The translations under genes and the position numbers were made by a program. A DNA stretch of 64,000 nucleotides from Promethearchaeota archaeon (lineage in GTDB: Archaea; Asgardarchaeota; Lokiarchaeia; Sigyniarchaeales; SOKP01): contig JBHLOY010000001.1 of assembly GCA_048939995.1 (NCBI GenBank), positions 398,449-462,448 on the forward strand. Reading direction: 5' to 3'. The notes below the pieces were generated by a model. The model did no database searches. It was given only the letters and a program-made list of their open reading frames with translations, and had not been told where the DNA came from. Every line of letters begins with the position of its first letter. Position 1 is the first letter of the stretch. Below, piece by piece: positions 40,775 to 51,429 of the stretch.

Positions 40775-41509
40775 TTAGAGAGGTCTATTTAATTTTCTTT
40801 TCCTTATAAAATAAAACACAAAAATTACTATGATTATCACTGCTGCAAATATAAAGATTTCAAAAGGAAAACCTTCAGTAGTTTCCCTAACTGGAGAAAA
40901 TGAATCTGGGGCAGCATCTAGGTAAATATAATTCCCATCATAGGAGGATGATAACACAAACCAGGTAGTATTTTCATTAATTGTAAATGCTAGCTGAGGG
41001 ATTATGGCTTCAATTGTATAATCTGAAAATGAGCCAACACTATCAGCCGAATTATTAAATGGAGTCCAATCATTAATAGTATTATTCCAAAATTCAAAAT
41101 CATATTCATCTCCGTTAAGAATATATTTAACTAATATCACCTTAAATCCTGTGCCAGTAAAATTAGAATAATGTACTCCATACTCAAATATTAAGTTATC
41201 TGGATTATAATTTTCAAAGAAATATATATTACATTCCATATTATATCCACTTATATTTCCTAAGAAAGTAACATTGCTATATTGGCTCGTAATATTTAGA
41301 GCAATATTAGTAATATCAAGCTGAGGATGGGTACTAACTTTCTCAACTTTTTGATTTAACGTATCTATTCTAAGTACATCGTTTTCAGGGTCAATATAAC
41401 TACCTATAGTTGCTTTAGCTTTGGGAGATTGATATAATACTAAAATAAACACAATAAAGTAAACTAAAATCATTAAATAAGCTTTTCTTTTCCCCATTTT
41501 AATGCTCAC
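40775..41509 (-). CDS. Secreted protein with C-terminal membrane anchor
   Basis: N-terminal signal, beta-rich N/S/T body (DPENDV, D.APD), C-terminal TM helix followed by RKRK. Confidence 0.7.
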   Translation of the reverse strand: MSIKMGKRKAYLMILVYFIVFILVLYQSPKAKATIGSYIDPENDVLRIDTLNQKVEKVSTHPQLDITNIALNITSQYSNVTFLGNISGYNMECNIYFFENYNPDNLIFEYGVHYSNFTGTGFKVILVKYILNGDEYDFEFWNNTINDWTPFNNSADSVGSFSDYTIEAIIPQLAFTINENTTWFVLSSSYDGNYIYLDAAPDSFSPVRETTEGFPFEIFIFAAVIIIVIFVFYFIRKRKLNRPL

Positions 41510-42083
41510 TTGCTAATAATTTTCTGATTTTTTCTGTAATTAGATCATAATCTTCAATTGAATTTAAGTTAGAAATATGGATATATTCTATCTTATCAGT
41601 GTTTTTATAAAAATTATAATTCACACTTAAATTTGGATACCGTTCTTTAATTTTTATTAAGGCACCTTTTAAGAAAAGATTGATAAAATCTTCAGAAGTT
41701 TCTTTTATATCCCTTATTTCTGGATCAATGAATTTGATTTCAAGTCTTTTGAAATCATAGAAATTGAGTACACAGAGCAGGTCTTTTTCATCTGCAGAAA
41801 AGATTTTTCGCTTAATATTGGTACCCTTAAACTTTTCTTCTGAGATTCCTTCTTTAAAATATTCTTCACTTAATAATTTAGCATATATCTCATCAGCGCT
41901 TGTAAAAGACTGATTAGAGATTATTGAATTCAGATGATTCAGAATTTCATGAATTTCTTTTATTTCCAACTGTAAATCTTCTAATTGTTCTTGCTTCTTA
42001 ACATATATATTTTGAAGTAATGATAGAACTTTTGTTAATTTCTCTGTCTCCTTGTCATCATCTGTAAAATCCATCGTGTTCAT
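41499..42083 (-). CDS. Hypothetical protein (N-terminal coiled coil)
   Basis: 194-aa ORF with no recognised motif. Confidence 0.6.
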   Translation of the reverse strand: MNTMDFTDDDKETEKLTKVLSLLQNIYVKKQEQLEDLQLEIKEIHEILNHLNSIISNQSFTSADEIYAKLLSEEYFKEGISEEKFKGTNIKRKIFSADEKDLLCVLNFYDFKRLEIKFIDPEIRDIKETSEDFINLFLKGALIKIKERYPNLSVNYNFYKNTDKIEYIHISNLNSIEDYDLITEKIRKLLASEH

Positions 42084-42162
42084 ATAAATATAAAAATTAA
42101 ATAAATTTATTTATTTATTTAGTGCTAGTTGTATTAAGTAATTTTTTTCAGAGGGAATTAAA

Positions 42163-43032
42163 ATGAAGTCAATGATTATTACCCCTAGCCCTATAGATCC
42201 TGAAGTTCAAGTTCTTTCAGAACAATTTAAAAAGTTTGGATATAATATCGAGTATTTTGTACCTTCAAAATTTATCGCTAAAATTAAGATTAGCCATTTT
42301 GAATCTCAATTTAAAGATCTTGAACCAAGAGCAGCACTTGTAAGAGGCTTTGGAGCAGCTCAAACTCAAAAAATTTTCTTTAGGTTGGATTTATTAAGTG
42401 CTATTGAAGAATATAATGTGAAGTTAATTAATTCGAGAGAATCACTAGAAATTGCCAGCGACAAGTTTCTAACGTCTCTTTTTTTAGAAAAGAATAATAT
42501 AGCAACTCCAAGGACAATAGTTTGTGAAGATCCTGGGGATGCATTAACTTCTTTTGAGGAATTGGGTGGGGATATTGTATTAAAACCTCTTTATGGCTCT
42601 CGAGGTGTAGGAATTACAAGAATAAATGATAGAGGATTTGCTGAAAACGTAATTTATGCCCTAGGTCAATTGAATGAAGTCTTCTATTTACAAGAATTTA
42701 TTGAGCATTACAATCGAGATATTAGGATTCTTGTGCTAGGAGATAAAGTGATTGCAGGTATGTACCGAGTAAGCGATAAGTGGAAAACTAATATTCATGC
42801 AGGTGCCAGAATGGAGCCTATAGAACTGACATCCGAATTAAAAAATTTAGCAATTAGAGCAGCTAAGGTTACTAAAACTGAAATCGCTGGAGTAGATATT
42901 GTAGAAAGTGAAAAGGGTTTGTTGGTTTTGGAGGTCAACTCAATTCCTGGATTTACAGCACTACAAAAAGTTACGAACGTTAATATTGCTGAAGAAATGA
43001 TAAATTACTTTTTAAATAGAACAAAAATTTAG
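42163..43032 (+). CDS. RimK/LysX family ATP-grasp amino acid ligase (possibly a cofactor glutamate ligase)
   Basis: ASDK, VLKPLYGSRGVG, LQEFI, DIR, WKTN, AGVD, LEVNSIPGF. Confidence 0.85.
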   Translation: MKSMIITPSPIDPEVQVLSEQFKKFGYNIEYFVPSKFIAKIKISHFESQFKDLEPRAALVRGFGAAQTQKIFFRLDLLSAIEEYNVKLINSRESLEIASDKFLTSLFLEKNNIATPRTIVCEDPGDALTSFEELGGDIVLKPLYGSRGVGITRINDRGFAENVIYALGQLNEVFYLQEFIEHYNRDIRILVLGDKVIAGMYRVSDKWKTNIHAGARMEPIELTSELKNLAIRAAKVTKTEIAGVDIVESEKGLLVLEVNSIPGFTALQKVTNVNIAEEMINYFLNRTKI

Positions 43033-43079
43033 AAAAATTAGAAAAAAATTAGATTTTCAACTTATTCTATGATATTAGA

Positions 43080-43421
43080 CTATAATTCTTCAATTAAACC
43101 AATTAAAAATGCAATAAGAACCAAAACTCCCGCTAAGATATCCACAAAAATAATCATCAGAACTGCTAAGATAAATAACATAATCCAATTAAATGGAATG
43201 GGATTATTTGGTTTTATACCCGCTAAAAGTGTTATGATTGCCACCGCAAAACCGATAATAATTGCTACAACAATATGAAGTCCAAGAGGAATTGGGTATA
43301 GCTGATACTGTGTACCTATTCCAGGGATCAATCTAAGTATGAGATAAACTATTCCGACTAATGCCCCAATGATAGTCAAAAACTTCATTATTCCTTCATT
43401 CTTATAATGTTTCTTCACCAT
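43080..43421 (-). CDS. Small membrane protein
   Basis: About four hydrophobic segments. Confidence 0.65.
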   Translation of the reverse strand: MVKKHYKNEGIMKFLTIIGALVGIVYLILRLIPGIGTQYQLYPIPLGLHIVVAIIIGFAVAIITLLAGIKPNNPIPFNWIMLFILAVLMIIFVDILAGVLVLIAFLIGLIEEL

Positions 43422-43563
43422 ATTCTATCATCTCGTTTAAAATAATATTCTTATTAAGTTTTTAAATTATAAAAGAATTTTCTATTTTTGAAACCGAATG
43501 ATATAGTAATACAAAATTGATTTAAACATAACTTTATTTTAATTTTAAAACATTCTAATCAAT

Positions 43564-44427
43564 ATGACATTTTCAATAGTTGCATATGACGCTAAGAATA
43601 ATGAGTGGGGGATCGCAGTTCAATCAAAATTTGTGGCTGTAGGAGCAATTGTTCCTATTGCTAAGGCTAATGTAGGTGCCATAGCTACACAAGCATATGC
43701 AAATACAAGTTATGGGCCAAAGGGTCTTTCTTTACTTGAAAAAGGTCTAACGGCTAAAGACACAGTTGAAAGATTATTGAAAGAGGATGAGTTAAGAGAA
43801 GAAAGACAAGTAGGAATTATAGATTCATACGGAAATGCACATGCATTTACTGGAAAGAAATGTTTCGACTGGGCTGGTCATGTAATTGGTGAGAATTATA
43901 CTTGCCAGGGAAATATACTAACTTCTGAAGCAGTTATAGAAGCAATGGCAGAAGCTTTTGAAAACACAAAAAAAGATTTAGTTGAAAAACTTTTCGCAGC
44001 TTTAGAAGCTGGTCAAGAGAAAGGAGGTGATAAAAGGGGAAGAGAATCTGCTGCAATTCTAATTGTAAAAGAAAAAGGTGCTTATGATGGTGGAACTGAT
44101 AGATATATTGATATAAGGGTTGATGAACATCCAGACCCAATCAAAGAATTACGTAATGTTTTTGAAGTCTATGATATGTCTATTCTTCTTAGAGATGATC
44201 CAAATGACATTATCAAATTGGAGGGGGAAGCAGCTGTAATTGTAAAAGAAAGGTTAAAATTAGATGGTTTTTATGAAGGTGAAATTAACGAATTATATGA
44301 TGAAGAAACTAAAGCTGCTCTAAGAGATTGGTTAGGAATAAATAATTTTGAGGTCAAAGAAAGAGATGATGAATATATGTGGGGCTCCGTGTATAGATAT
44401 ATATTCAAATTAAGAAACAAACTTTAA
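43564..44427 (+). CDS. DUF1028 (Ntn-hydrolase-like) protein with C-terminal PG-binding-like domain
   Basis: MTFSIVA, GAIATQA, RQVG, QGNIL, GGDKRG.ESAA, DIRVD.H.DPI.EL. Confidence 0.85.
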   Translation: MTFSIVAYDAKNNEWGIAVQSKFVAVGAIVPIAKANVGAIATQAYANTSYGPKGLSLLEKGLTAKDTVERLLKEDELREERQVGIIDSYGNAHAFTGKKCFDWAGHVIGENYTCQGNILTSEAVIEAMAEAFENTKKDLVEKLFAALEAGQEKGGDKRGRESAAILIVKEKGAYDGGTDRYIDIRVDEHPDPIKELRNVFEVYDMSILLRDDPNDIIKLEGEAAVIVKERLKLDGFYEGEINELYDEETKAALRDWLGINNFEVKERDDEYMWGSVYRYIFKLRNKL

Positions 44428-44536
44428 GATTTCTTTTCAAATTATAGATCTTCTATAATATCCAGATAATATCGCGATATTTCTCCTTTTAAAATAGAGA
44501 GCTTAAAGTTATAATTTTGTGATAGAAGAGAAAATT

Positions 44537-44692
44537 ATGAAATATCGGAATGATTTAGTAGTAGCAAGAAAATTAGCAAAAAATAGATTTGCAAATCAAG
44601 ATTACTACAAAGAAATGAGCATTAAATTAGAGCATTTATTAAAGTTTTATGAAAATTTAAGAATTTGGAACGAGCTTTCTAATGAAAATTGA
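44537..44692 (+). CDS. Small hypothetical protein (51 aa)
   Basis: Manual ORF MKYRNDLVVARKLAKNRF...WNELSNEN* fills the gap and abuts the maf stop. Confidence 0.4.
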   Translation: MKYRNDLVVARKLAKNRFANQDYYKEMSIKLEHLLKFYENLRIWNELSNEN

Positions 44693-45301
44693 TTATTCTA
44701 TTGTTAGAAGATTGAAATTAAAATACCTTTTTAATAGTTCATAGATTTTAAATAGCGGCAAACCAATGACATTAGAAAATGAGCCATCGATAGATTTTAC
44801 AAATATATTAGCTTTATCATTAATCGAATAAGCTCCTGCTCTTCCTTTCCATTCACCTGATTTTAAGTAGGACCAAATCTCTTCATCTGATAATTCCCCA
44901 AAATGAACTGTTGTAGATTCATAATCAACAATCAAATTCGAAGATGATGTAGCTGTAAGAGCTATACCTGTAAGTAAATTATGTGACTTATTTTGTAATT
45001 TCTTCAACATCTGGTAAGCTTGTTCTTGATTTGAAGGTTTTCCAATAACCTCTTTATTACAATCAACAATTGTATCTGCGGCTATTATTATAGCATTTAG
45101 ACTTTCTTCCATAATCAATCTTTTAACATATAGAGCTTTTGCTTTTGCTAATTCTTTGACTAAGTTTACTGGGATCTTAATTTTTCTTTTATAGATGTCT
45201 TCATCGATCTTAGCAACTCTAGTTTCAAAAGGAATTTTTGCTCTTCTTAAAATTTCATGCCTATCCCTTGATTGAGAAGCTAATATAATTTTTTCTAACA
45301 A
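44693..45301 (-). CDS. maf: Maf family nucleoside triphosphate pyrophosphatase
   Basis: IILASQS.DR, IDE, LAKAKA, AADTIV, GKP, RAGAY, NVIGLP. Confidence 0.9.
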   Translation of the reverse strand: MLEKIILASQSRDRHEILRRAKIPFETRVAKIDEDIYKRKIKIPVNLVKELAKAKALYVKRLIMEESLNAIIIAADTIVDCNKEVIGKPSNQEQAYQMLKKLQNKSHNLLTGIALTATSSSNLIVDYESTTVHFGELSDEEIWSYLKSGEWKGRAGAYSINDKANIFVKSIDGSFSNVIGLPLFKIYELLKRYFNFNLLTIE

Positions 45302-45443
45302 AATTGGCTAAACACTCGATTTTTTTATTTAAATTTTGGTAAAAATTTTAATAAATAGTGTTCTTTGAAGATGTTAAAGATTTAAATTATTCATCAAATA
45401 AATTTATGTTATAATGCTATAAAATTAATTATCTTGAACTTTT

Positions 45444-46541
45444 ATGATTGAATTTTCAGTATGGTTTATTTTTATTACTTTTTCCTATATTATAATTTTA
45501 TATCTATTTTTGCATTTTTCTAAGAAAAAAGATCGATTTAATAATATATTAGGGTTTGCTGCGTTATCTATTGTTTTCATGCATTTATTAATCATTTTTA
45601 TCCTAATGTTTCAAGATGCTACACTTCATTCAGATCTAATTCCACTTTGGTTTTTTACGCTAGGATTTCCTATACTAGTTTTGGTTGTAGTAGTTCTTTT
45701 TTCGTCGTTTCTAGGACTCATAATTAAATTTTTAATCAATTTTCGCTCTTTTAAGCGCTTAAATATTAAAAGAGAATTTAAATTTAAAGAGAAAAGTAAA
45801 GTAAAAAATGATTTATATCGAAAAGTGCCTCATGCTTTAATGTTTATTGGTATTTTAGCATTATGGCTAATTGGGGTGTACGTTATTTATTCTACAATAG
45901 GAACTACTGAAGGGATGATCCCATATGAGAATAATATGTTTTATCTATACTTACAAATTCTAACTATGCCAAATAGCATTCGTAGTGTATTGTTTTCCTT
46001 AGGTTGGTTTTATTATCTATTACTCTTCTTTTTTTATGTTTTTGCATTAATAATGCTAACTAATGAATTTACTCGCAAATCACGATATGTGAGTTTTCCT
46101 ACAAATATTTTTTGTACTATTTTTCTAAATAAAAATGAAAAAGAGTCATATGGCACATATCTATATTTTTCGATTGGCCATATGTTTGCAGCTTTGATTT
46201 GTCCTCCAATGGTATTTTTTTCCATTTTAGGAATTAGTACTATCGCAGATTTAGTCGCAAGTCAGATCGGGATAAGATATGGAAAGAATCATATAAGCTT
46301 TAACCAAAATAAAACATGGGAGGGCACTTTTGCCGGTTCAATTGCCGCCTTTTTCATAAGCTTCCCTTTTATAGGTCATATATGGGCTTTTATATTTACT
46401 ATTACATTTTTATTTCTTGATATATTGACTGAGAAACCATTAAAAATATCTGATAACTTAATCTTTCCAATGGCTTTATCAATTATTTATTTTATTATCA
46501 GATTCATATTTAATTTAAATTATTATTCTCTGTTAGGTTAA
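45444..46541 (+). CDS. CTP-dependent lipid kinase (dolichol/phytol/diacylglycerol kinase) family membrane protein
   Basis: RKVPH, AD..ASQIGIRYGK, KTWEG, DN. Confidence 0.7.
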   Translation: MIEFSVWFIFITFSYIIILYLFLHFSKKKDRFNNILGFAALSIVFMHLLIIFILMFQDATLHSDLIPLWFFTLGFPILVLVVVVLFSSFLGLIIKFLINFRSFKRLNIKREFKFKEKSKVKNDLYRKVPHALMFIGILALWLIGVYVIYSTIGTTEGMIPYENNMFYLYLQILTMPNSIRSVLFSLGWFYYLLLFFFYVFALIMLTNEFTRKSRYVSFPTNIFCTIFLNKNEKESYGTYLYFSIGHMFAALICPPMVFFSILGISTIADLVASQIGIRYGKNHISFNQNKTWEGTFAGSIAAFFISFPFIGHIWAFIFTITFLFLDILTEKPLKISDNLIFPMALSIIYFIIRFIFNLNYYSLLG

Positions 46542-46544
46542 AAC

Positions 46545-47576
46545 ATGTTTTATCTACCCACAAGTATTATTTTATTTGGATACTCAATAACCACTTTAAT
46601 TTATATATTAATAAATTGGAAAGATAAAGTAAAAAAAGGGTTAATTGTTAATGAACTCGCTATAGCACTTTTATTTGGTTTAGCAGGGATGTTATTTCCT
46701 TATATGTTCATTTTTCATTCTGCTTCAATACCATTAGACTCTTTAAATTTTTTATGGCTATTAACCTCGATTACCTTTTTAACTGAGATGGGAATTTTAT
46801 CTATTATTTTAGTTTACAACACAATAATTTCGAAAAGAAATCCACAGATCATGGCAGAGAGAGAGTATAGTAGATACTGTGAAGAATTCAATCAAAATTG
46901 GAATGATGATTTGAAGAGTGAACGTGGAAGAAAAATGTTACATCTATTTACCAGTTGTGTTATTTTTATTTGTTGGAGCTTAGGAACTATATTGGACGCT
47001 TTTGGTATATTAGATAAAATTTCTCTTGACAATTACAGCTTTTCCTATTTACTTATTATTATAATTGGATTTGGATTTATTTTTATGTTTCAAATAGCAG
47101 ATTTAGCACGATTAAATAAATTTTATATGTTGCCAAATTGGGCTCGAAAATGGTATTTATCTATGCGAAAAGAGGAACAGGAAACTTTTTTAGCAGCTAC
47201 GCCATTAGTTTTATCTTTTGTACCTTTCATTTTTGCTCCCTTCCCAATTTTTGGCGCAGTATCTTTAATTGCTACTGGCGCAGATGCGATGGCCTGTATT
47301 ATTGGAAAAAAATATGGAAAACATTCCCTTAGGAAGAATTCAAAGAAAACCATAGAAGGGTTTGTGGCAGGTGGAATAAGCACGTTCTTGATTGTCTTTA
47401 TTATATTTAATATTTACCATATATGGATGCCAATTAACCAAATAAAAATAATTATGATGGCGTTTATAGCTACGAGCATTTTTTTGATTGTTGATATGTA
47501 TGCAAAATTCATCTCTGATAATATTTTAAATCCAATCTTGACAGGATTAGGGATGTGGTTAATCTATTTACTTTAA
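46545..47576 (+). CDS. CTP-dependent lipid kinase family membrane protein (tandem paralogue)
   Basis: RKMLH, ADAMACIIGKKYGK, KTIEG, SDN. Confidence 0.75.
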   Translation: MFYLPTSIILFGYSITTLIYILINWKDKVKKGLIVNELAIALLFGLAGMLFPYMFIFHSASIPLDSLNFLWLLTSITFLTEMGILSIILVYNTIISKRNPQIMAEREYSRYCEEFNQNWNDDLKSERGRKMLHLFTSCVIFICWSLGTILDAFGILDKISLDNYSFSYLLIIIIGFGFIFMFQIADLARLNKFYMLPNWARKWYLSMRKEEQETFLAATPLVLSFVPFIFAPFPIFGAVSLIATGADAMACIIGKKYGKHSLRKNSKKTIEGFVAGGISTFLIVFIIFNIYHIWMPINQIKIIMMAFIATSIFLIVDMYAKFISDNILNPILTGLGMWLIYLL

Positions 47577-47584
47577 GTTAAGAT

Positions 47585-47878
47585 TTAACCACCAAAATAA
47601 AGATATAAAAAGGCTATATCATCACCATCTTTCAAAAGAGTTTCCAAAAATTTGTCATGGCGATAACTTATCCCATTAATAATTATTGATAAAAATGAAC
47701 TAAATTGCCCAGGTCTTTTTTTATCCCATAGAAGCTCTTTAAATTTTTGCCCATATTTTTCATAGAAGTATTCTAATAAGTCTTGTAGGGTGAGTTCTTT
47801 CTCAAGTTTTACTATTTCATTTGTTTTTTTGGTAACTTCATTGAATGGTGGTTCGTATCGAAGTTTTAAAGCGATCAT
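47585..47878 (-). CDS. MoaD/ThiS/SAMP ubiquitin-like sulfur carrier
   Basis: TLQDLL, IIING, LKDGDDIAF and a C-terminal GG. Confidence 0.85.
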   Translation of the reverse strand: MIALKLRYEPPFNEVTKKTNEIVKLEKELTLQDLLEYFYEKYGQKFKELLWDKKRPGQFSSFLSIIINGISYRHDKFLETLLKDGDDIAFLYLYFGG

Positions 47879-48018
47879 ATATTTTACTCCTTATAAATTA
47901 AAAAGAATGATACTTAGGAATCATAAATTATTAAAAATATAAATTTTTAATGGAAATAAAAAATAAAAAGGATTTTTTTAATACCATTTTTATACTATAT
48001 TCGAAATTAAAGGGGAGC

Positions 48019-48201
48019 TTATATATTATCTGTAATTTCTTCTTTTCCCTCTTTAACAGCTTTCTTAACTCCCTTTGATACGCTCCCTTTCTTAACGCCT
48101 TTTTCTACACCTTTCCCAATAGCCTCGCTACCGGTGAAATCTTCAACGATCCCACCAGCTGCTTTTGCTAAACCTTTTTTTAATTTTTTGGCAAAGCCCA
48201 A
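48019..48201 (-). CDS. Small Lys/Gly-rich amphipathic protein
   Basis: TTG start after GAGGTTGA; repeated KGV(E/K)K motif. Confidence 0.55.
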   Translation of the reverse strand: MGFAKKLKKGLAKAAGGIVEDFTGSEAIGKGVEKGVKKGSVSKGVKKAVKEGKEEITDNI

Positions 48202-48364
48202 TTAACTCAACCTCTTAGATTTAATAAATATAAGATAAAGTATAGTTTTTTAAATGTATTTAAAAACAAAATAGAATTAACATGTTTTCTTATTAAAAAA
48301 TTAACAACTAGATTATAAAATTAAAAAAGATAATTGCTTAATTGTAGATAAAGAGGTATCGAAA

Positions 48365-49381
48365 ATGGCACAAACACTTTTTATTTCAGAAAGAACCATA
48401 CGAGATGCTTGGCTTTCTGCTTTAGCACAAGTTCTATTTAATGGAGATAATATTAAAACGGAATATGATAAGACAGATGATCCCCCCTCAAAAGATGCAA
48501 CAGCCTTGATAGAGGTTAAAGAACCATTAAAAGATCCAATTATGAGAAAGGAAAAGTTAATGAAGATTAACACTAAATATGGAAACTCTTATGAAGTATA
48601 TGGATGCATCGCTGATACTTATCTAATTGGATCAATTCAGAGTGGGTATATTGAAGAAATTCTACAAGGTGTAAATGATCATTATATTTGGGATTCAAAT
48701 GTGAGTTTTCCTTACTCATATCATGACAGGATTTTCAAATATACTCCCTTCTCTCTTGAAGACACAGTTCATGTAGATTACGATTTAGAAATTGTAGAAA
48801 ATGAATTTGTAAAAAGTCACCAAAAGTTAATCAAGGCAAATAAGATTGTAAAATCTAATGATGGTTTAACTTGGAAACTCAAAAATCTTGTAGATTTTAG
48901 CCTTGAGAAAAAAATTTCTGATCAGATTGGAGTAGATAAAATCCCCATAGGAGTAATAAGATTCCCAAAGATCAATCAAATAGAATATATAATTCAAAAA
49001 TTAAAAGAAAAACCATTTTCAAGAAGAGCTCAAGCAATAACATGGAGGCCACTAGTGGATCCTTTTCATGTAGATCCTCCTTGTCTTCAAAGAATTTATA
49101 TGCGAATTAAAGATGGAAAACTTTTAATGCAAACTACTTGGAGGAGCAGAGACCTATTTAGAGCTTGGGAAGCTAATGTAAATGGAATGATTAGAATTCA
49201 AAAATTAGTGGCTGATGAGCTGGGAGTGGAATTGGGTCATTACTTAGATTTCAGTAACTCACTACATATATATGGAAACACTATTTCAGAAGTCAAAGAT
49301 ATGTTTAATCGTATGATAAATCGAGGTGAGAAATTTCCTAGTGAAGTTGAAACCCTTCTTGAAAAGTATATCAAGGATTAA
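48365..49381 (+). CDS. thyA: Thymidylate synthase (archaeal ThyA type) with internal insertion
   Basis: YSYHDRI, INQIEYII, SRRAQAITW, PPCL, RSRD, N, SLHIY. Confidence 0.85.
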   Translation: MAQTLFISERTIRDAWLSALAQVLFNGDNIKTEYDKTDDPPSKDATALIEVKEPLKDPIMRKEKLMKINTKYGNSYEVYGCIADTYLIGSIQSGYIEEILQGVNDHYIWDSNVSFPYSYHDRIFKYTPFSLEDTVHVDYDLEIVENEFVKSHQKLIKANKIVKSNDGLTWKLKNLVDFSLEKKISDQIGVDKIPIGVIRFPKINQIEYIIQKLKEKPFSRRAQAITWRPLVDPFHVDPPCLQRIYMRIKDGKLLMQTTWRSRDLFRAWEANVNGMIRIQKLVADELGVELGHYLDFSNSLHIYGNTISEVKDMFNRMINRGEKFPSEVETLLEKYIKD

Positions 49382-50154
49382 TTATCGAAAATTTTAGGAA
49401 AGATATTTCTAGTATTATTATAGATTTGTTCTTCGAGCTCATCAATCGATACATTCTTTAGCTTTGATATCGATCTTAAAACTTCTTTTATCATAGCAGG
49501 AGTACCTACTTTTCCTGAATATTCAACAGGACCATCACTTTCTAATAATAAGCGTTCTACATCCACCATTTCGACTGTCTTCTTTACTGCTAGAGAATAA
49601 TTAATTGCAGGTGTTATTGAAAAGTAATAACCTCTATTAATGCCTAACTTTAATAAGTTTTCTGGTCCTGAATACCAATGAATATTAACATTTGGAATAT
49701 TATACGATAATAAAGAATCAAAAACAGTTTGTTCTGCACCCTTGCTATGAATTATCACAGGTAATCTTAGATCTTCTGCTAATTTTAGCATAAGTAAAAA
49801 GATTCTCTTCTGCAATGGATAAAATTCTTTATTTTTGATGAAATAGTGATCTAGACCAATTTCCCCTACTGCAACAATTTTTTCTTTATTTGATTTTATA
49901 AAAATTTCGATCGAATCTAGCTGATCTTTAATCTTTTCATTCATTTTCACTTCTTCAGGATGTATTCCAAGTGCTGGGTATATGGATTTAAATTTTTGTG
50001 AAATTTCTAAAATTCTTTCTTGACTGAGAGCACTCATTGCAACTGCTATAATTTTTTGAACTCCAGCATTAAAAGCTTCTTTCAAGATATCTTCAATTGT
50101 TAAATAAAGATTTGCATGACAATGAACATCTATTAAAAAGTTATCCACCTTCAA
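49378..50154 (-). CDS. tatD: TatD family deoxyribonuclease
   Basis: DVHCH, GIHP, GEIGLD, IHS, HW, ESDGP. Confidence 0.9.
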   Translation of the reverse strand: MKVDNFLIDVHCHANLYLTIEDILKEAFNAGVQKIIAVAMSALSQERILEISQKFKSIYPALGIHPEEVKMNEKIKDQLDSIEIFIKSNKEKIVAVGEIGLDHYFIKNKEFYPLQKRIFLLMLKLAEDLRLPVIIHSKGAEQTVFDSLLSYNIPNVNIHWYSGPENLLKLGINRGYYFSITPAINYSLAVKKTVEMVDVERLLLESDGPVEYSGKVGTPAMIKEVLRSISKLKNVSIDELEEQIYNNTRNIFPKIFDN

Positions 50155-50182
50155 AAATTTAAAATAATCTAGCTTAGCGCAC

Positions 50183-50518
50183 TCACAATCGGCTAATTTC
50201 TGCTCTTAAATCCACAATTTTTTTTACTAATTGAAATTTTCCCTTTGGATATGATTTTGTATCTAAATATTGCTTTAAATTTTCTAATTCCTTAATTAAA
50301 TAATTCTTTATATCTTCTTTAGTCACATGACCTAAAAGTTTTGGTAAGGGTTCGATCTTCTCTGATCGCTTAACTCTTAGACTTGAGATTGCCTTTGCTA
50401 ATTGTGCTTGAAATCCCTTAGACTCTGAGATATCAGAACCACCAAGCATATCTAAAGAAGTTTTTAAGCCATCAATAAAGGCCTCTAAGTCCTTTATCTC
50501 TATATCATCATCAGTCAT
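50183..50518 (-). CDS. Hypothetical helical protein
   Basis: 111-aa ORF. Confidence 0.6.
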   Translation of the reverse strand: MTDDDIEIKDLEAFIDGLKTSLDMLGGSDISESKGFQAQLAKAISSLRVKRSEKIEPLPKLLGHVTKEDIKNYLIKELENLKQYLDTKSYPKGKFQLVKKIVDLRAEISRL

Positions 50519-50617
50519 TTATAAAGTAAACACTGTGAGTTAATATCCTTATATCCTAGAAGAATTTTTATTATATATATTTCTTTATATTTTACTCTAT
50601 CTAAAGCTAATAAGCAT

Positions 50618-51367
50618 TTAAGCAAATTCTACAAAAAGTAAATTAGCAAGAGTAAATGTAATTATTTTCCTAAGATTTTCATTATAAAGTCTTACTCTGT
50701 CTGAAAATTCTATTTGAATTGCCTGACTATTTTTTATTTTACTAGCTCCATACTTTTGAGTGATATAACCTCCTGTAAGAGCGTATTCCCTCCCTCTTTG
50801 ATGATTTGGAGCAATAGAGATCCCTAATTTTACAAAAGCTTTAATAATTTTTCCTCGTAAATCTTTTCCCCAAAATCTTTGAGTTTTGGGTACTGAATAT
50901 AGAGATTCCAAATTATTAGTCCCTAATATAATGTCTACATCGCGAAAACCCGCGGGAATATCTTTTGTTTCAAATCCATGCACATCAATCAATAATGAAC
51001 GATTAAAGTGTGTTAAATTAAAGTAAATTAATTCTTGTATTTTATGGTGATAATATTGGTAAATTTCTTTAGCTAAAAGAGATATCACATCGTATGCTTT
51101 AGATTCATTCCTATTGATGTCTATTTTGCTTCTATGCACATTTGATATAATGTAGGAGGGAATTTTTTTAATATTTGATTTAGATTGATATAATATTTCA
51201 ATGCTTCTAATTAATTCTAAGGCGAGTTCTTTTGAGTTTTTATCAGTTCCAACAATGCCCTTTCTTCGATTTGGTATGACTTTAGGTTTTTTTGTACCAC
51301 TATGAGGAACTGATATAATCAATGGAATATCTCCCTTATGACACCTTATATGTTTCTCAAAAGCCAT
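50618..51367 (-). CDS. N-formylglutamate amidohydrolase family
   Basis: ISVPHSG, RSKIDINR, YH, IDVHG, GGYIT, IQIE. Confidence 0.8.
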   Translation of the reverse strand: MAFEKHIRCHKGDIPLIISVPHSGTKKPKVIPNRRKGIVGTDKNSKELALELIRSIEILYQSKSNIKKIPSYIISNVHRSKIDINRNESKAYDVISLLAKEIYQYYHHKIQELIYFNLTHFNRSLLIDVHGFETKDIPAGFRDVDIILGTNNLESLYSVPKTQRFWGKDLRGKIIKAFVKLGISIAPNHQRGREYALTGGYITQKYGASKIKNSQAIQIEFSDRVRLYNENLRKIITFTLANLLFVEFA

Positions 51368-51429
51368 GAAAGTAATTGTTAATATTTATAGAAAATAAAT
51401 AAAAAGTTAAAAATTTAAATTCCAGATTT

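Noticed and set aside
48740-48970. Intein in thyA
   Set aside because: Too short, and it lacks the N-terminal Cys/Ser block and the C-terminal His-Asn.
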